A stretch of 63,762 nucleotides of DNA, filler included, from Lenisia limosa (taxonomy: Eukaryota; Protista; Breviatea): assembly GCA_001655205.1 (NCBI GenBank). It is 13 parts of 13 records of this genome, joined end to end, with 100 filler letters (N's around TTAATTAATTAA, not from the genome) between each part and the next. Parts side by side here need not be neighbours in the genome. Positions count along the whole stretch, not along the records: positions 18,320 to 34,684 come from LPNZ01007911.1; positions 34,785 to 39,929 come from LPNZ01010761.1; 11 more parts are not named here. One strand, 5' to 3'. Both the position numbers and the translations under genes were made by a program. Below are positions 25,401-40,029 of the stretch, one piece after another (the stretch's first letter is position 1; each line of letters starts with the position of its first letter). The notes under the pieces are model-generated. The model was given only the letters and a program-made list of their open reading frames with translations, had not been told where the DNA came from and made no database searches.

Positions 25401-28400
25401 ATCAATACAAAACATCTAAATCGTCAACAATTCTACAATATCTAGTCAAATTTCAAAATTTTCTTAAGGTATATGATATAATATATCTCGCCCAAGAGGA
25501 GCGGATTAAAAAAACCTTATTTTGTCTTTATGCCCAATATGCCTTATTGATATTCAGTTGACAAATCCGTCTTTCAAAGATAGAAGTCATGTTCAGGAAA
25601 TAGGTGTGTGTAACTCACATAGCCCCATAAATCTCGACATAAAACGTAGCAATTGGCACAAGTCCGATGATGGCAAAGGAGCTCGTGACAAATGGAGAAA
25701 GCCATGCTATAAAATGAATAAAATCTTTAAAATAGGAAAATTGCTGTGGGGGTTGAAATTAGAATTTAATACATTGATACAAGACTTGAAACAATTCTGG
25801 TGCAATGTTTCCCTTGAGTACCTATATTAACTGCATCGTTTCTCGCCATGATTACCATAACATAAAAGCAACTTAAGGCCATAACCGCCTAAAACATGAG
25901 TTATATACATGTAAATGTAATGTAATTGGGAAAATCTTTAAATACATCTTTGTTTTGAATTTATCAAAATGTTATCATAAAAACTCCTGTCATATTTTGA
26001 AAGGTCGCGATGATGGTGATATTAACTTACGACTTGGAACAGAAAACTGTGACTGAAGAGCACCAGGGCAGAAATCATTGTCTATATTGGTAAATAAATG
26101 AATCAACCAGTTGAACCAATTTCTTAGATGTTTCAACCCTTTTCTAGGGCTTCATTTTGGTTTTTGTCAGCAGAGTCAAATAATAAAATACAAAATACGC
26201 CAGAGTGTCCTGGGGTGTTATACTTTTGCGATTTATTGTCTTGATGAATGATAAATAAATGATATTTAAAATATACTCTGTTTGATAATTTATCCAATTA
26301 CTCTTTCACTGCATTATTAAGGTGTACCTTGAAAAAGGTCATAAAACTCCCTAAGTAACCCATTGTAAACCGTAACATGGTAAATAATGTCTTGTAAAAC
26401 ATGTTTACCCTCTTACTCAAAGACAACTTTTCGGTGGCTTTTGTAGATAAAAGGAAATTTCTATATCGCTACCCCCCCTGAACATTCCAATCTTGGTTTA
26501 AAGAAGTCACAACTTTTTATACTGTCACAGGAAAATAAGCTAAATACCTGGGCTTCAAAATGGCTCCAAGATAATAAGCAATAAACCTGTCCTGTCGATA
26601 TATCATATAATATGTTTTATTCATTTCAGTATTCTTCTCAATGACTCAGAAATAGTATGTGTTTTTTGATGATAAAAAGTTTGATTTGAAGAACGCAATA
26701 TATTTCCCAAATTAATGGCAAAACGTAATATCGATCCATGGTCCCGTGTATCATTATTTGTCACTTTCTTCTTACCTGAGCAATGAATCTGGCGAAGAGA
26801 GCGTTGGGGAGGAAATACACCGCGTTTGGTTTGATGCGTTTGAAATAACCATTTCTCTGAGGCAGTAAATCAATTATAAAAATCAATGGCAATAATGTGC
26901 TATTATTATATCATTTAATAAGATATACAAAAATTGTCAGAAGTAATCTAAAAGTTGAATATCAACCAATACGTGGGAATGTTAACGTCTTGTTATTGAT
27001 ACTACTAGTTTCTCTAGGATATAGATGCAATTAAGTATGTCCAACCATTCGAGACAATGAAGTTTCGATTGCAAGCATGATCAAAATGACAGAAATCACG
27101 TTAATAGCAAGGATATTTTCAGTGCCGTCTGTTGATGCAGAGTTGAAGTTATCTAGAAATCATAAAGATTAAGGTAGGGCTAAGTATGTTGGCATTGCTG
27201 ATTGAAAAATGGTTTTGAAATTTTTAAATATCATTGTGAAAGTGTAATATTATTGACAGTCAAAATGAAACACAGGAAATCACATTACAATATAAAATTA
27301 AATACATACTATGTGGGTGAGAAGTAAAAGATCTATGGTCAAACTCATAACAAAAACGATAGAAATGATCACTGAAGCGACTTGTCATGATTTCAATAAA
27401 TTCTTTTTATCTTGGTTAAGAAACTTACTGGAAGATTCAATTGAGACGGCTAAAGTGACTGGATTTTTAGAGTCGTGGACCTTGGGAATTGTGTTACAGA
27501 CAGTAGAGTTGGATTCAGAATCTAGTGAAATTGATACTTGTGTTATCGTATGAGCATAACTGTATTTCGCGAATTGGGAAAAGGAGAAATAAGAACATTA
27601 GGTCAGATATATACACATGTATGTACATAATATAAGTAAGGAGAGAACGACTTATTAAAAAGGAAATAAAAGGATATTTCATCATAATAAAGGACGTGAT
27701 TCATAAATCTAACTTATTTTCTGCAAAAGGGAAAAATACCAAACGAGAGAGTGTTGAGTATACATGTCTATTGTTTATTACTTGGTAAATATACATATAT
27801 GTAGTAGATCATCTGAGATGCGTACCGTTTTTATCTTTCCTTATGTGTTAATACTTTTGGTGACAATAAATAACAATTCCGTTTGATCATTTAAAGTTTA
27901 AGATATAATGACAATGTTCCCTTTGTAGTCCTGGGTTCAGACCTAGTGATTTTGGCTCACTGTAAAGGTTTGAAAGGAAACCATGCGATACAACGAAGTC
28001 ATGATTGGAACATAAAGCATTTCGGCACTAAATGGTCAGAACATGATAGGGTCATTTAAACAATCAAGTGACTGACTTTATGAAGAAAGAAGGGAGTAAA
28101 TTTTTTAAAAATTTGCCTAGTAGTAACGATGTATATCATTTCGGGAAAATATCGATAGTATCCAAGGATTTATCTAGAAATTGTTGTTTTTTTGAACCGA
28201 AGTAAAGCCTTGAGATTTAGTTAAGCTTTAATAACCATAGGGCTTCGATATAAAAGTACTATCTATTATGGAGTAGTAAGTTTTGTGACTTTAAGCTGCA
28301 ATTAGATAATATGGTAATCGAAGTGCATATGAAGGTCTCTTTTCTTACAATAAATTAGCGCGCTTAGTTTTCTAAAACATCAATTAATAAAAAAAAAAGA

Positions 28401-31400
28401 TATAGTCTTACATTTAGTCCAATGAAGCACACTGCCAAACCAAGCTTGACAAATTGAATGAATTTCAATGGAATGGGGAGGTAGTTGATATATCGCGGGA
28501 TATCCAACACGAAAATGAAGGAATTAAAAGGGACAACAATCTTGAGAAGTCAAGCAAAACATGTTCCAAACATCCATTAGCTCAAATGTCATTAATAGAA
28601 GCTGTAGAAAGAAGAAAATAGTCGTGAAGTAAAACTTCAAAGTCTCCGCATGGAAAGTGTAATCAAGGCGTCGATTCTAAACAAATTACTTTTAAAATGG
28701 AAAAAGATCTGCACCTACCACATGATAAATTTCTTCGGTTTTGTTCAAGAGGGTAATTAGTCTGCCTCGACCATAGTAAAGAAGAAGTACACTCAATAGA
28801 AATGTTCTGAAAAAATTAATGAAAAAGAACACAACATATACAAAAACTATCGAGATTCTATAATCAAACAGCAACTGCATTGAAATATAAACAAAACGAT
28901 TTTTAATATTTGATAAACACCGCTTTAGTCATACCCTGTCACGAGGTATGCTGCATTAATTCTGATTCCGGTTTCACTCTGAAGTTCCATAGAAATTTGA
29001 TAGCGGAAAAATTCATAACTTAGCCAATCTTTGTACGGAACTGAAATGTAAATGACCCAACTGTGTTTCTGAGTGGATAAGTTTCCTGAGAATAATTCGA
29101 CCATTTTTCAACACTTCTTGTAATGTGAAACACAAATCCAAATAATGACAATTCACACAATTTCCAAACCTTATCAAAACCACAGCCTACCAGCGGAATA
29201 AAAATCTGAAGACCAAATGACTTTGTCGTCGTCATCAAAAAACACCCCAGGGCGACGCACACTGATCAAGTCATGAATGTCTTACATCTTTCGTTATTGA
29301 ATGGTCACAATTTCATATTTATAGTTCAAAAGCAAGTAATATAGCTAGTATATATATCATATACTATATATACTATATATTATGCATCTTGTAAATGATA
29401 TTATATCATATATCGATATACTGAACTATATATCTGTATCACTTGATAAATACTCTTACAAGCCTAATGGTCTCAACAATTTCGGCCAGATACATATAGA
29501 ATATTCATCTTTGTTGTTCATTTCTCATTGCTATTGGTCATACATCAATTACAATTTCGTCAATTACCTTTGCACATTAGTTTCACTGTGAAGGGGTATT
29601 CTAACCAGGCTTTCTCTGTTCTAAATACAATCAGAAGGTTACCAAAGAAGATAAAAGGCCGAATGAAATATGCAACTTCACTTTTGTCTGAAAAATGACC
29701 AAGTTTTGTGTATTTTAGTCTTTTATAATGATGTGTGTGATGACATAAACACAATAAAATGTGAAAAGGAGAAGAGGAGAAGAAATATCTCTTACAGTAC
29801 CATGGAGCCAGTGCTGGAATACGGCACGGCCGCCATCACAATTTCATTCCCATTGCCAGAGTCGCTTAGAAGGATAAACATTCTACGCCATAAGAGAAAT
29901 GTAAATCGCAGTCTTTCGACAAACAGACCCATTTTCAATTTCAACGAATTGTTTGGTGACTGGCAATTCATGCACAATGCTAGCAAAACGTTTATCCGGC
30001 TGGCTATCCTGACAGAATTAGTAACAAATGTTTTAAAAATAATAAAGCCGAAGCCCATTTGCAGAATACAGGGCTTCACTTCAGTTCCAAAAAGACGGTG
30101 GGTTATCAAAATTCAGTCTTGTTTTATTTCTCATTGTTATACATATCCTATAGACCCCCCACTCCCCCTCACGGGGAAATTATGAAATAGTTATCACCAA
30201 CTTTATAAAAAGCATGTTCAGCGTAAAAGTCGTAGAGTTGATCTCCAAGGGATACTAACTCTGAATCTTTTTCGAGAATTTCTTCAGAAGATTTTGAACT
30301 GGATAAAATAAGGATCATAATACTCTTAAGAGTTACAAAAGAGAATAAGAAAATTCCAATCTGAAGGTTTCTGTATTGCTCACATGATTGTATATGACAT
30401 GTCCTCATTTTTCGCGACTTGAAGAATGCAGTAAGCTGGCGACTCGTTGAATCTCTGAATTTCCATATCAACTGCGCCTGAGTTGTCAAAATTGAAAACA
30501 CTAACGAGTGAGATAGATATAAGCTAAGACAGTTAGGTTCGCAATTTTCCTTAATGTTATTGTTATCTTTTCGCTTATTGAGAAAGTCAACATTGGTAAT
30601 ACTCGATTGAAACGTAAAAAGTAAAAAAAGTTTCGCGAATAAATATATGATACAATACTACCCTATTATGTCTATGATGGTAATATCGGAGAATTTTGAT
30701 TGAGGAATATAAACAGTCGTCTGCCGATTGGGTGTAACTTGCTCCAGGATGTGGAATATTGAATATTTCTGTTCTTGGGAGAAACAAACTGAACTTCAAG
30801 ATTACCTCCATATTTGAGAGATGAAACATCTTCAGGCATGCTAGCATTGTAGTGCATTTCCTGAACCGTTAAGTTCTTTCAGGCTTGTTCGATTGGGGTA
30901 AAGACTCTGTCACAATGGACGGTTTCACAAATTTGTGTTTTGATGCTTACATTTACTGAGAAAGGAAAACCGTACAACGTTGAATTCGAGGTGTCAAAAA
31001 CCACGGAATTCTGCAAAGATTCTGTGTAAATTAGAAAAACCTTTGGATTGATGTTTCTTCAAATGCAATACTATTAACAATTACCTCAAAGAATTGAAGC
31101 AAATTTTTATGACAAAAAACTAATCATTGTTTAATTATTATAGATACATGTAGCATATACCATGATACCATATCACATTCCAATTTACACGGCAAGTTGC
31201 CTGAAGAGGAGAAAAAAATAATACTATTTTGAAAGATGATCTCATAAGAAAACAAATTACCTTCCTCTCTGTGGATATAGATAAGGCCAGCATCACAGTC
31301 ATAATTTGCTACAAGCTAGAACAGATAAATCGGAGATTGGTCAGGTTCATCATATGGAGTTCAGAATTCAAGTAGTAGAAATGTTGACGAGTTGTTGTGA

Positions 31401-33157
31401 TTCAAGTTGAGTGTCAAAAAACAAACCACGAACTACTGAGAAAACCCCCACTTTTTCTTTGTCAACAAATTCTAATGTTGTGCCCTCTAAAGCCTTTGTA
31501 ATAGCCCTAAAACTGTAAACAAAGATCAACTCAAATGAGAAATTTGTAATAAATCAATTATTCTTACTCGGTTGAAATCGTATACGAGCAAGACAGTGTT
31601 TCAATTAAACGAGGGTATTGGTCACTGCTCTGGTACTTCTGTAATAGGGGTGATAATCAAGACTTGAAAAGAGCAAAAGAAATACGAGCACAAATTGAGT
31701 TAGAACTCACATTGAAATGCACAACGCTAAACATTACTAAGAGCAGAAAGCCCATCCCAATAAACAAAAAGGTTTGACGGCGATGTTGAGCTTCCTAGAA
31801 TAGATCAAATATGTACTATAATGATTTCTATGAAAATATCAAATTGCAGTTTCATTTCCACGAAGAAATGTATGCTCTAATTCAATATACTTTGTGTATC
31901 TAAAGTAAAATACTATCAATTGCTATCAAACTTGATCATTGATGGGATTATTTTCGAAATCGCGCGAGTGATAGGTCAACATTTCCGGTTTCTGGTTGAA
32001 ACGAATTAAGAGATAATCCGAAGAATTCTGGAGTGTCAATGAATATATTATATATGTATTTCAAAAGATTTGTAATTTCAAATAAACCAAATAACACACC
32101 TTTCGAATTTTTGAGTTCACAAGTAATCCAACCAAAGCCAACGCTAAAGGACCCGACAGAAAAGGGTACTCAAAAACCAAATGGAGATACTGTGAAATTA
32201 AAATTAGTATCAATGATGATATTCTTATCAAAATATCTGAGAATACCAATATATAGCAGAGATTATAACTGCAAGTTTACATTTTACTATCATGTGAATG
32301 AATGAGAAACACCAAGCAAACCTCAAGTAAACCAAGGCGAGAAGCTCTTGAAATACCCACAAATGCCCCACAAAGAAAGATCAGAGAAACCCATGATGAA
32401 GCTGTTTCAAGAGAATATCTAACAAGAGGCACCTCTTCTTCTTCATCTTCATCTTTATTTTCATCTTCAACATTCCCTTCAAAAATATATGTGTGATCGG
32501 GTCCTCTCTGTTCGTAAGATGGAGGTTGCGCTGGGGGTGCATTGTTGTCGTATTGGTAGACCTGTAAAAGTAAGGCAATTAGTATAATATAGTTCTTTTT
32601 GCATGATTTCGCAAATATGTTGATAAAATTCTCACAACATGACAACCGCTCATCTATATATGCACTATTCTAGTCACATATATTTATATTTATACATGGG
32701 ACATCATCAAGCGTATAATACCATAGGGAGTCTATCATTTAAGAATACACAGTCACAATAAACATGATTCCTTGAAAAAACATGTCCATAACAAGATACA
32801 GGATGATGTTGGTAGATATAGCTGGAACTCGCAGATACAAGATCTGATGAAGTTTCAGAGCTTCATAGTTATGCGGTAAACGCCAATGGAAAAACAAACT
32901 TACCCATATTGAATATTCAAAAAGAGTTTACGCCGAGGTGAGGTAGTAATTCCTCCTCAGGGGAAAAAAACTACCCTAACGTTATTCGACAACTATCAAA
33001 AGTCCTCGCCAACCGTATTAGGAACAAGAAGAGGTCCTTCAGGTTGTTTTTGAAGCTGCCACGCTTCTGCTTCTGGCTGATGGAACTGCTGTTGAGGTTG
33101 CTGCTCGGAGGAACTGCCATGACCGGAGTTTGGATTGGGGTTTGAAGACTCCTCCAT
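22500..33157 (-). CDS. Large multi-exon polytopic membrane protein, family unassigned; parts resemble ABCA-type TM domains; 3' end uncertain
   Basis: Putative ATG at 33157 (MEESSNPNP..QQPQQQ). More than 25 short GT-AG-bounded exons, many of them hydrophobic, e.g. RRQTFLFIGMGFLLLVMF, FYFTTIFFFLQLLLM, YALLL..RRHFYKQR, ILIPLLLVL and AIWVIFYLIFLFPQ. It could be more than one gene. Confidence 0.45.
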
Positions 33158-34207
33158 TTCTTCCTTGCTTTCTTGAGACTTTTTCACTAATCTTGGCGGG
33201 GTGGAAGAGATGCAACGATGATTTTTGCGTTTTAAACGACGACGACGTGCTAGCCTTTTTTTACTTTTTTACCACCCTCCTCCTCTCCTCCTCGAGCCCT
33301 CCTCACACACACCCGCACACTTCACTCACAAAGGAGGCGGCGTTTTTGCGGTGGATTTTTATATAATACTTAAATGGGGTTGCTCCAAACCCAAATTTTG
33401 TTTATAAGCAAAGGCAAGAAAGGCGATTAATCGATTAATTTAGTAGTGGTGACACAGTGGTGAGCTGCTGACTAGCTGCTTGTTTGGGGGAAAATACATA
33501 TTCTCCCTGGGCACAGAGCGCAAACTCCAAACTTTCGACAATATGACTTGATAACTTGGCCGATATCAAAATTAAGCAAGGTAGTTGAGACACTTATTGG
33601 GTTGTAAATCAAAGAAATTATATTTTCAAGAGATCAAACAACAACATATGTCTTTGGGAACCGTAAAGGTCTCATCACTATATCTTAGGTTTAGTGACAA
33701 AAATACAAGAGGCGCTCTCCGTTCNNNNNNNNNNNNNNNNNNNNNNNNNNNNNNNNNNNNNNNNNNNNNNNNNNNNNNNNNNNNNNNNNNNNNNNNNNNN
33801 NNNNNNNNNNNNNNNNNNNNNNNNNNNNNNNNNNNCCTCCCTCCATTAAGTGTAGCTCGGATTTGCACATAAATAGTAGACATTATTACATTCTTCCCCA
33901 GACCACTTCAGCCTATTATTGGCAGCTGGCACTTCGAAGATACGCGCGGCGGTTTTTGACCTTCTATTGTAGTTGGCCAATTTGCTCACTTTGGGGAAAC
34001 CATGAGCATAATATGAAAGTATCAAATCGACCTGAATAATTGACAGAAGTCTTCAATTGACTTGATCGACAACTTTCATTTATGTCAAGCCTAATAATTC
34101 TTATATTTCTCTGATACCCAACCAAATAGGCGAGCCAATGCTCAAGATAATTGCTGCATTAAATTACTCTAATATACATTCTAGAACATGGGGGCATCAG
34201 GGGCGGT

Positions 34208-34684
34208 TTAGACGTCGTCGAAATTGACATCATCATCCTCCTCAAAGAAGGGCTTGTTCGCAATCTAAGACGTAATTTAAATATTAATACATGCGGTGTG
34301 TGACCTCTTTGCCAGAAGTGACGTGTAAGTCAAAACTCCAATATTTGTGACACTTGTTGATGTCCTTGTGGTTATCTTTGCCAATGTATATCGATAATTA
34401 TATGGATTTTAGTTAGCGTCTAACACGAAATGAGGCTTTATAAATAAGTTATTAAATCATATAAATTATCAACCCATTCATCAATCATCATATCGCCATC
34501 AACATCATCAAAACAAATTGTTTTTTTTTGTTTTTTTATTGGTTTGGATTAATGTCGAGAAATATCTATAAATTCTCTCTAAATTTTCTATTAAAATCAC
34601 AGTAAATGTACTTCAGATTATTCGGTTCGTGATTAGTACCTTTACGCCAATACTCTCCATCGAAATTTCTTTCGAATAACCCCC
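34208..34684 (-). CDS. 3' end of a hypothetical protein with an acidic tail
   Basis: Terminal exon IANKPFFEEDDVNFDDV* follows a TAG acceptor, with upstream exon candidates at ~34290-34360 and ~34635-34684. Confidence 0.35.
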
Positions 34685-34784
34685 NNNNNNNNNNNNNNNN
34701 NNNNNNNNNNNNNNNNNNNNNNNNNNNNTTAATTAATTAANNNNNNNNNNNNNNNNNNNNNNNNNNNNNNNNNNNNNNNNNNNN

Positions 34785-37700
34785 GATACAACCTTGTTTC
34801 TTTAATGTCCCTACAAACATGATAGTGGACGGTCTGATACCACTCTCTTTATTATTTGCAATTTCCCCATAACAAAAGACTACTATTATTTCCAACAAAG
34901 CCTACCTTCATGGTGTCAGAAATCGCCACACTTCAAAACCCGGTCACGACCCGCCTCCAACCCCGAAGACCGTTCAGCCCTCTCCGTCTCCCCCACGTCT
35001 CTGCACCTTGGTGATGATGTGTGCCTTTATACTGTTTCGGCTCACTTTGCTTCGAAAAGACCCCCCCCCCCCNNNNNNNNNNNNNNNNNNNNNNNNNNNN
35101 NNNNNNNNNNNNNNNNNNNNNNNNNNNNNNNNNNNNNNNNNNNNNNNNNNNNNNNNNNNNNNNNNNNNNNNNNNGTGAAGCCCTCTAATGATCACATGGG
35201 GTTCCACGTTCGTTATCTAATTTTGTTCTTGTCTTTTAATAGCACAACAGTCTTGAGTTTGCTAACATTCATCCTCGAAATTGCCTCTTTTTACCCGAAC
35301 AGTTGGAGCTGGGTGTGGCTTGTTCGGCTTCTGTTACGCTGACCAACAACTCTGATGCTATTCGGACATTTGTGGTGCTTGCTTTGAGGACTCCCAAGCG
35401 GTGAGACCCCCATGAAGCTTTTATATTAACATGTTTTGCATAAAGATTTTCTCATCTCACAGAGGCTCCGATTCTTCGAAACAAGATGATGACCGGTTTT
35501 CCGTTACAATTAGTCCACTCAATGGCCGGATAGAGTCTGGACAGAAGATCCAGCTTGCGGTCTCCGCTGTCGCCCGGGTGGGTTGCTGATATACAATTAA
35601 TTCCAATATTAAGAGTTCTTTTCACCCTTCAAGGATGGGATGGGTNNNNNNNNNNNNNNNNNNNNNNNNNNNNNNNNNNNNNNNNNNNNNNNNNNNNNNN
35701 NNNNNNNNNNNNNNNNNNNNNNNNNNNNNNNNNNNNNNNNNNNNNNNNNNNNNNNNNNNNNNNNNNNNNCCTGGAAAAGCCTCGGAGGTGTTTGCGATCA
35801 GAGATCTGCAGTCGCTGGTGGTGACAAACGTGACAGTCTCGGCCAAAGCCCGAAATGTGGAGTTTGTGAGGTTTCCGAGCCTATCAAGCGAAGGCCTTTT
35901 CGACTTGGGTACGCTTATGTGCTCTCTTCTGTCCCCGCATATCATATGCTCTTTCCTGCTGTGGAAATGTGTTATCTATTTCAAAATAAATATGTTCTGT
36001 CTATTAGTGAATGCCAAAGAGTTGCATCATACATTGCTGTAACATACGTGCAGGACACCTCTATTTAGACAACACCAGCCCTGGATCAGTGACACGCCGG
36101 TTCATAATCGAAAGTGCCTGGAAAGCCCCCCTGCTCATTTCTGCTCGCTCCAACTCCAACCAGGTGCAGTGGCAAACAAAGGGACTGAGTGAAATCGGGG
36201 ATACAGCACCCCACCCTCCATCCTCTTTATTCTTGCTTCTTCAGATTATTTTTTTTGTTGTTGTTGTTTCACTGAAATTCGTGTTTCTGAGTTACCTATT
36301 TTCTTCAGATATAGTTTAATTGATAGAACTACGTTTATAATAATAACAGATCTCAATTCGCCACGAAATGGAGTCACCCGTTTCCGACATTCTCCTCAAT
36401 CCACAATCGTCCATTGAACTGACCGTCACTGTTCTCACGTATGCGGCGGGCTGATTGTAATGCGTTTCTGTCCTTTCAAAAATGACCTGCATTTCCGTTT
36501 GTACCATAGTGTTCCCCTGTTTTCCACTTCTCATCGCCAGCCCTGCGACGACCCCTCCAAAGGGAAGAGATATTGCTGCTGGACTCCTCATTAACGTCAA
36601 AACGACGGGAGGCGATGTTCTTGGGTGGGACTCCTCTATATGTCCCCTTTCCTCATTCATATGTCATACTATATCAATATGTGCAGTCCATCCAAAGGGT
36701 TGGTTCTATGATAATCAGCTGAATAATACACTTCTAGAGAGCCGAGAGTCAGAATTTTGGGCGTTCTGGGGCCTTCTCTCCTCCGAGTAACCCGAAAAGT
36801 CCAAGACAGAGGCCACATCATCGGAATCGGCTCGGAAGTGTCCGGAATTCTCCGCATCCGAAACCTCTCACCCCGTCTGCCCGCCGACTATCACATTGAG
36901 TCACAGGACGGGCTAGTGTTTAGTCTTGAAAAGGGTGCCCTCAGCCCAGCGCCAGAGTGGGTTCAGAGAAATCTGTCCTGTTATACCTGGGATGTACTCG
37001 AGATCTTTGACCGCTATATTCAAATTAGACTTCTCAACAAGCCTTTTACTATTCAGATGGGGATCCGTGAGTCATGACCAAAACCATCCTTCTGAACACG
37101 TGGGTGATGTTGGTTGAAACTCTTGCAGCAGGCTTAAACAAATTACAACACCTGTCATTACTCTCTCTTGCAAAAATAATACTTTTTTTGTACCATTTGT
37201 GCAGTAACAACCTTGACCTCTTGGCAGACCCTGACGTACACCTGTAAAATGAAGACACCGGGCCAAAACAAGTTCGTCGCCTTTGTTGTCAATGAGCACA
37301 ACCAATCTCAGGTATGTCGATTCAATACATCAGTATAAGCTCATATTCTTTGTAATCTGAAAACCTACTCATAATTTCACCCAACCCCCCCCCCCCAGGA
37401 ACAAATAAACGTNNNNNNNNNNNNNNNNNNNNNNNNNNNNNNNNNNNNNNNNNNNNNNNNNNNNNNNNNNNNNNNNNNNNNNNNNNAACTGAGAGTTTGG
37501 GGCTCAGCCTTCTGCAGAATCCTATTGGAGCGTGGCAGCCGCGCATGTTAGCGCAAGGTGCGCGTCGACAGCAACCTTTGCTAAAATTTGATATTTTTTC
37601 TGTTTTTACTCTCACTTCAATCCGCACATAAATCCTACAGATTACTCTCACTTCAATCCGCACATAAATCCTACAGATTTGCACGTGTTGCATGTTGGAA

Positions 37701-39930
37701 CCATCTACGTGGCTAAGTCATCAAGAAACGACCTTCTTGATAAATTCAGCTCATTTTGGCCGCAAAACAAACGAGTGAGTCAAAACCCCACTTCTTCTTG
37801 TTATTGTGACGATGATGTTTAATTTGCCTTCTAACCCTGACATTGCAGCCGCGACCCGCAGTGTTCAAGGTTGCAAACCATCTGAATAAGGCTGTGACGC
37901 TGACGGCGCTCACGGACGTGCCCGGAGTGGGCTGCGATCTGTCAGAAAATCCGCGGGCCTTCGCCCCAAATAAGGAAAGGCTTCGCATGTTACCTCCGAC
38001 CGACAGGTTCCTTCCCTGCAGTCCAACAATAACGTTTCAACCGGGAGAGGTAGCCATGTGCATCTTACTGGGCTGAGAGGGCGTCCCGATATCCTTGCTT
38101 TTACTTTGACCCCGTTTGGCTTTAATGGTTTTGTTTTAATCAACCCTTGTGTGTTGTCAGCCAACAGTGATTTTTTGGGCTTTTCTTGTTTCATAAATTT
38201 TTCAATTTTACTCCTCACTCCCGTCTGTTTGATCAGCATAGACGGTGCTTTTGAATGTGAGTTTCCCGGCGACTCCCGCTGAGTTTAGTATCATGAAGGT
38301 ACGCTGGATTTAATGATATGCCTTTCCCCCTTTCCGTATCGGTAGATTGGCTCACCCCCAGGCAAGTAAGCTGAAGTCTGGTAAAGCCGTCAACTTCCGC
38401 GGGTCCATGGTCCTCACCGACAGCAACAACAACGTCTGGGCTGTGCAGAAGGTGCGTCATCCTGGCTAAGTTGACACCATCATTCCTTTGTCTTTGACAA
38501 TTCAGATCAAAGGCCAGTTCGTGATGCAAACCCTCAAGTTCAACAGAACATCTGTTGATATTGGAAAGTGGGTGACCTCAGTTCAGTTCATTTCCTTGTC
38601 TATTTATCCTAACCCTTCAGAATTAATCCGTTGACTCCGACTGCCGAACCGGTGTCCTTCGAAATTACTAATAAATCGGACGCTATTGTGAGGAGGGTAC
38701 TGGTTGTGTACTTTCCCTCGATATTACTAGCCAGAGTTATGGATGAGATGAAAATGAAACTGTACTATTTGAATCCGCATTTTACTCCGCCAGTCCATAA
38801 TCACGATCCTTCCGCGTCACATTCGTCGAGACCAGGTCAAAACTAGCCAACTCAGTTCCTTCAAAATGGACGTGACCGCGCGGCCGTGCAACGTTGCTAA
38901 CCGCAGTAACGATACGGACTCTATTCGTGGGCTTCCTGTTACGCAATCCATCCTTAATAATATTGTTTCTGTCTTTTTGGCCTGAATATATCACACAAGC
39001 ATGAGTACAGATTCATGTCCCTTTAGCATCGGAAGGAACCTACCTTATTGAGCCGAATTCCTCGTGCACGGTGTCTCTGATGTTGGACGTCTCCCAGGTC
39101 TGAAATAGGAGGGGGCAATGGACATCAGTATGCTATACTTCTTATGGTCAGGGAGTGACTCTTTGCCCCCCCCCCCCGNNNNNNNNNNNNNNNNNNNNNN
39201 NNNNNNNNNNNNNNNNNNNNNNNNNNNNNNNNNNNNNNNNNNTTGGCGTTAACGTCACGTCTCAACAATCTGCTGCCTCCACGTCTCTCACGCTCAACGC
39301 AACAATCACTGTGTGTAGTGAAAGTTGTTGATCTTTACATTTCACTTTCCAAAAGAGGTTACTTTTGGGATTCGTTTGTCAAGTGGATTCTTTACTCCCA
39401 CCAGGTCCCACCTCTCAGCTTGCGACATTTAACCGCAGGAGGGAACCTGTCACTCGGACAGTTGGCCTGGCCACCGCCTGAGGACTCTGGTGTGGCTGAT
39501 AACTGGTTCAGAATCGTCAACAAAGCGGGTACGTTTCGTTGTCTTGCTTCTCACAGACTCATGACTCAGCCTTCAAAATGAACATTGGGCTCTCCTTCAC
39601 GCCAGTCTCCATTGTGGCTGGTCTTTTGTCCGTATCCCTTGCCGACCGACAGTCCTCCGTTGCTATGCCTTTGGTCGGTACCAAAACATTGACTCAATTC
39701 CTGGATATTTAGCGAAATGAGTCTCTGATTGCCGTTCTTTTTGCCCCGATATGAATTACGACATACTGCTAAACATATCATGTATCTTTTTCCACTCCCC
39801 TCAGTCTTCTCATATCACCTCCACCGCAGGTCATTTTGGATCCGAGTGAGCGCGCAGATGTGCGTGTTCGTGGCGTAATGAGTGACAATCTTTGGCCAAG
39901 TTGCGAGTTGATCAGCATCATTGATTCGTN
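34785..39930 (+). CDS. Multi-ASH (ASPM/SPD-2/Hydin) Ig-like repeat protein, internal fragment
   Basis: Repeated beta-rich exons typical of ASH domains: LSVSPTSLHLG, SASVTLTNNSDAIRTF, FSVTISPLNGRIESGQKIQLAVS, ILLNPQSSIELTVT, SGILRIRNLSPRLP and PAVFKVANHLNKAVTL. Confidence 0.55.
38129..38236 (+). repeat. Intron 3'-end cassette (family C), representative copy
   Basis: TCAACCCTTGTGTGTTGTCAGCCAACAGTGATTTTTTGGGCTTTTCTTGTTTCATAAATTTTTCAATTTTACTCC, then ~20 nt to a CAG acceptor. Confidence 0.8.
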
Positions 39931-40029
39931 NNNNNNNNNNNNNNNNNNNNNNNNNNNNNNNNNNNNNNNNNNNTTAATTAATTAANNNNNNNNNNNNNNN
40001 NNNNNNNNNNNNNNNNNNNNNNNNNNNNN

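Noticed and set aside
22500-32700. AT-rich block as an integrated virus, Polinton or bacterial insert
   Set aside because: There are no long intronless ORFs or viral hallmark motifs. It contains canonical GT-AG exons and host repeat families A and D.
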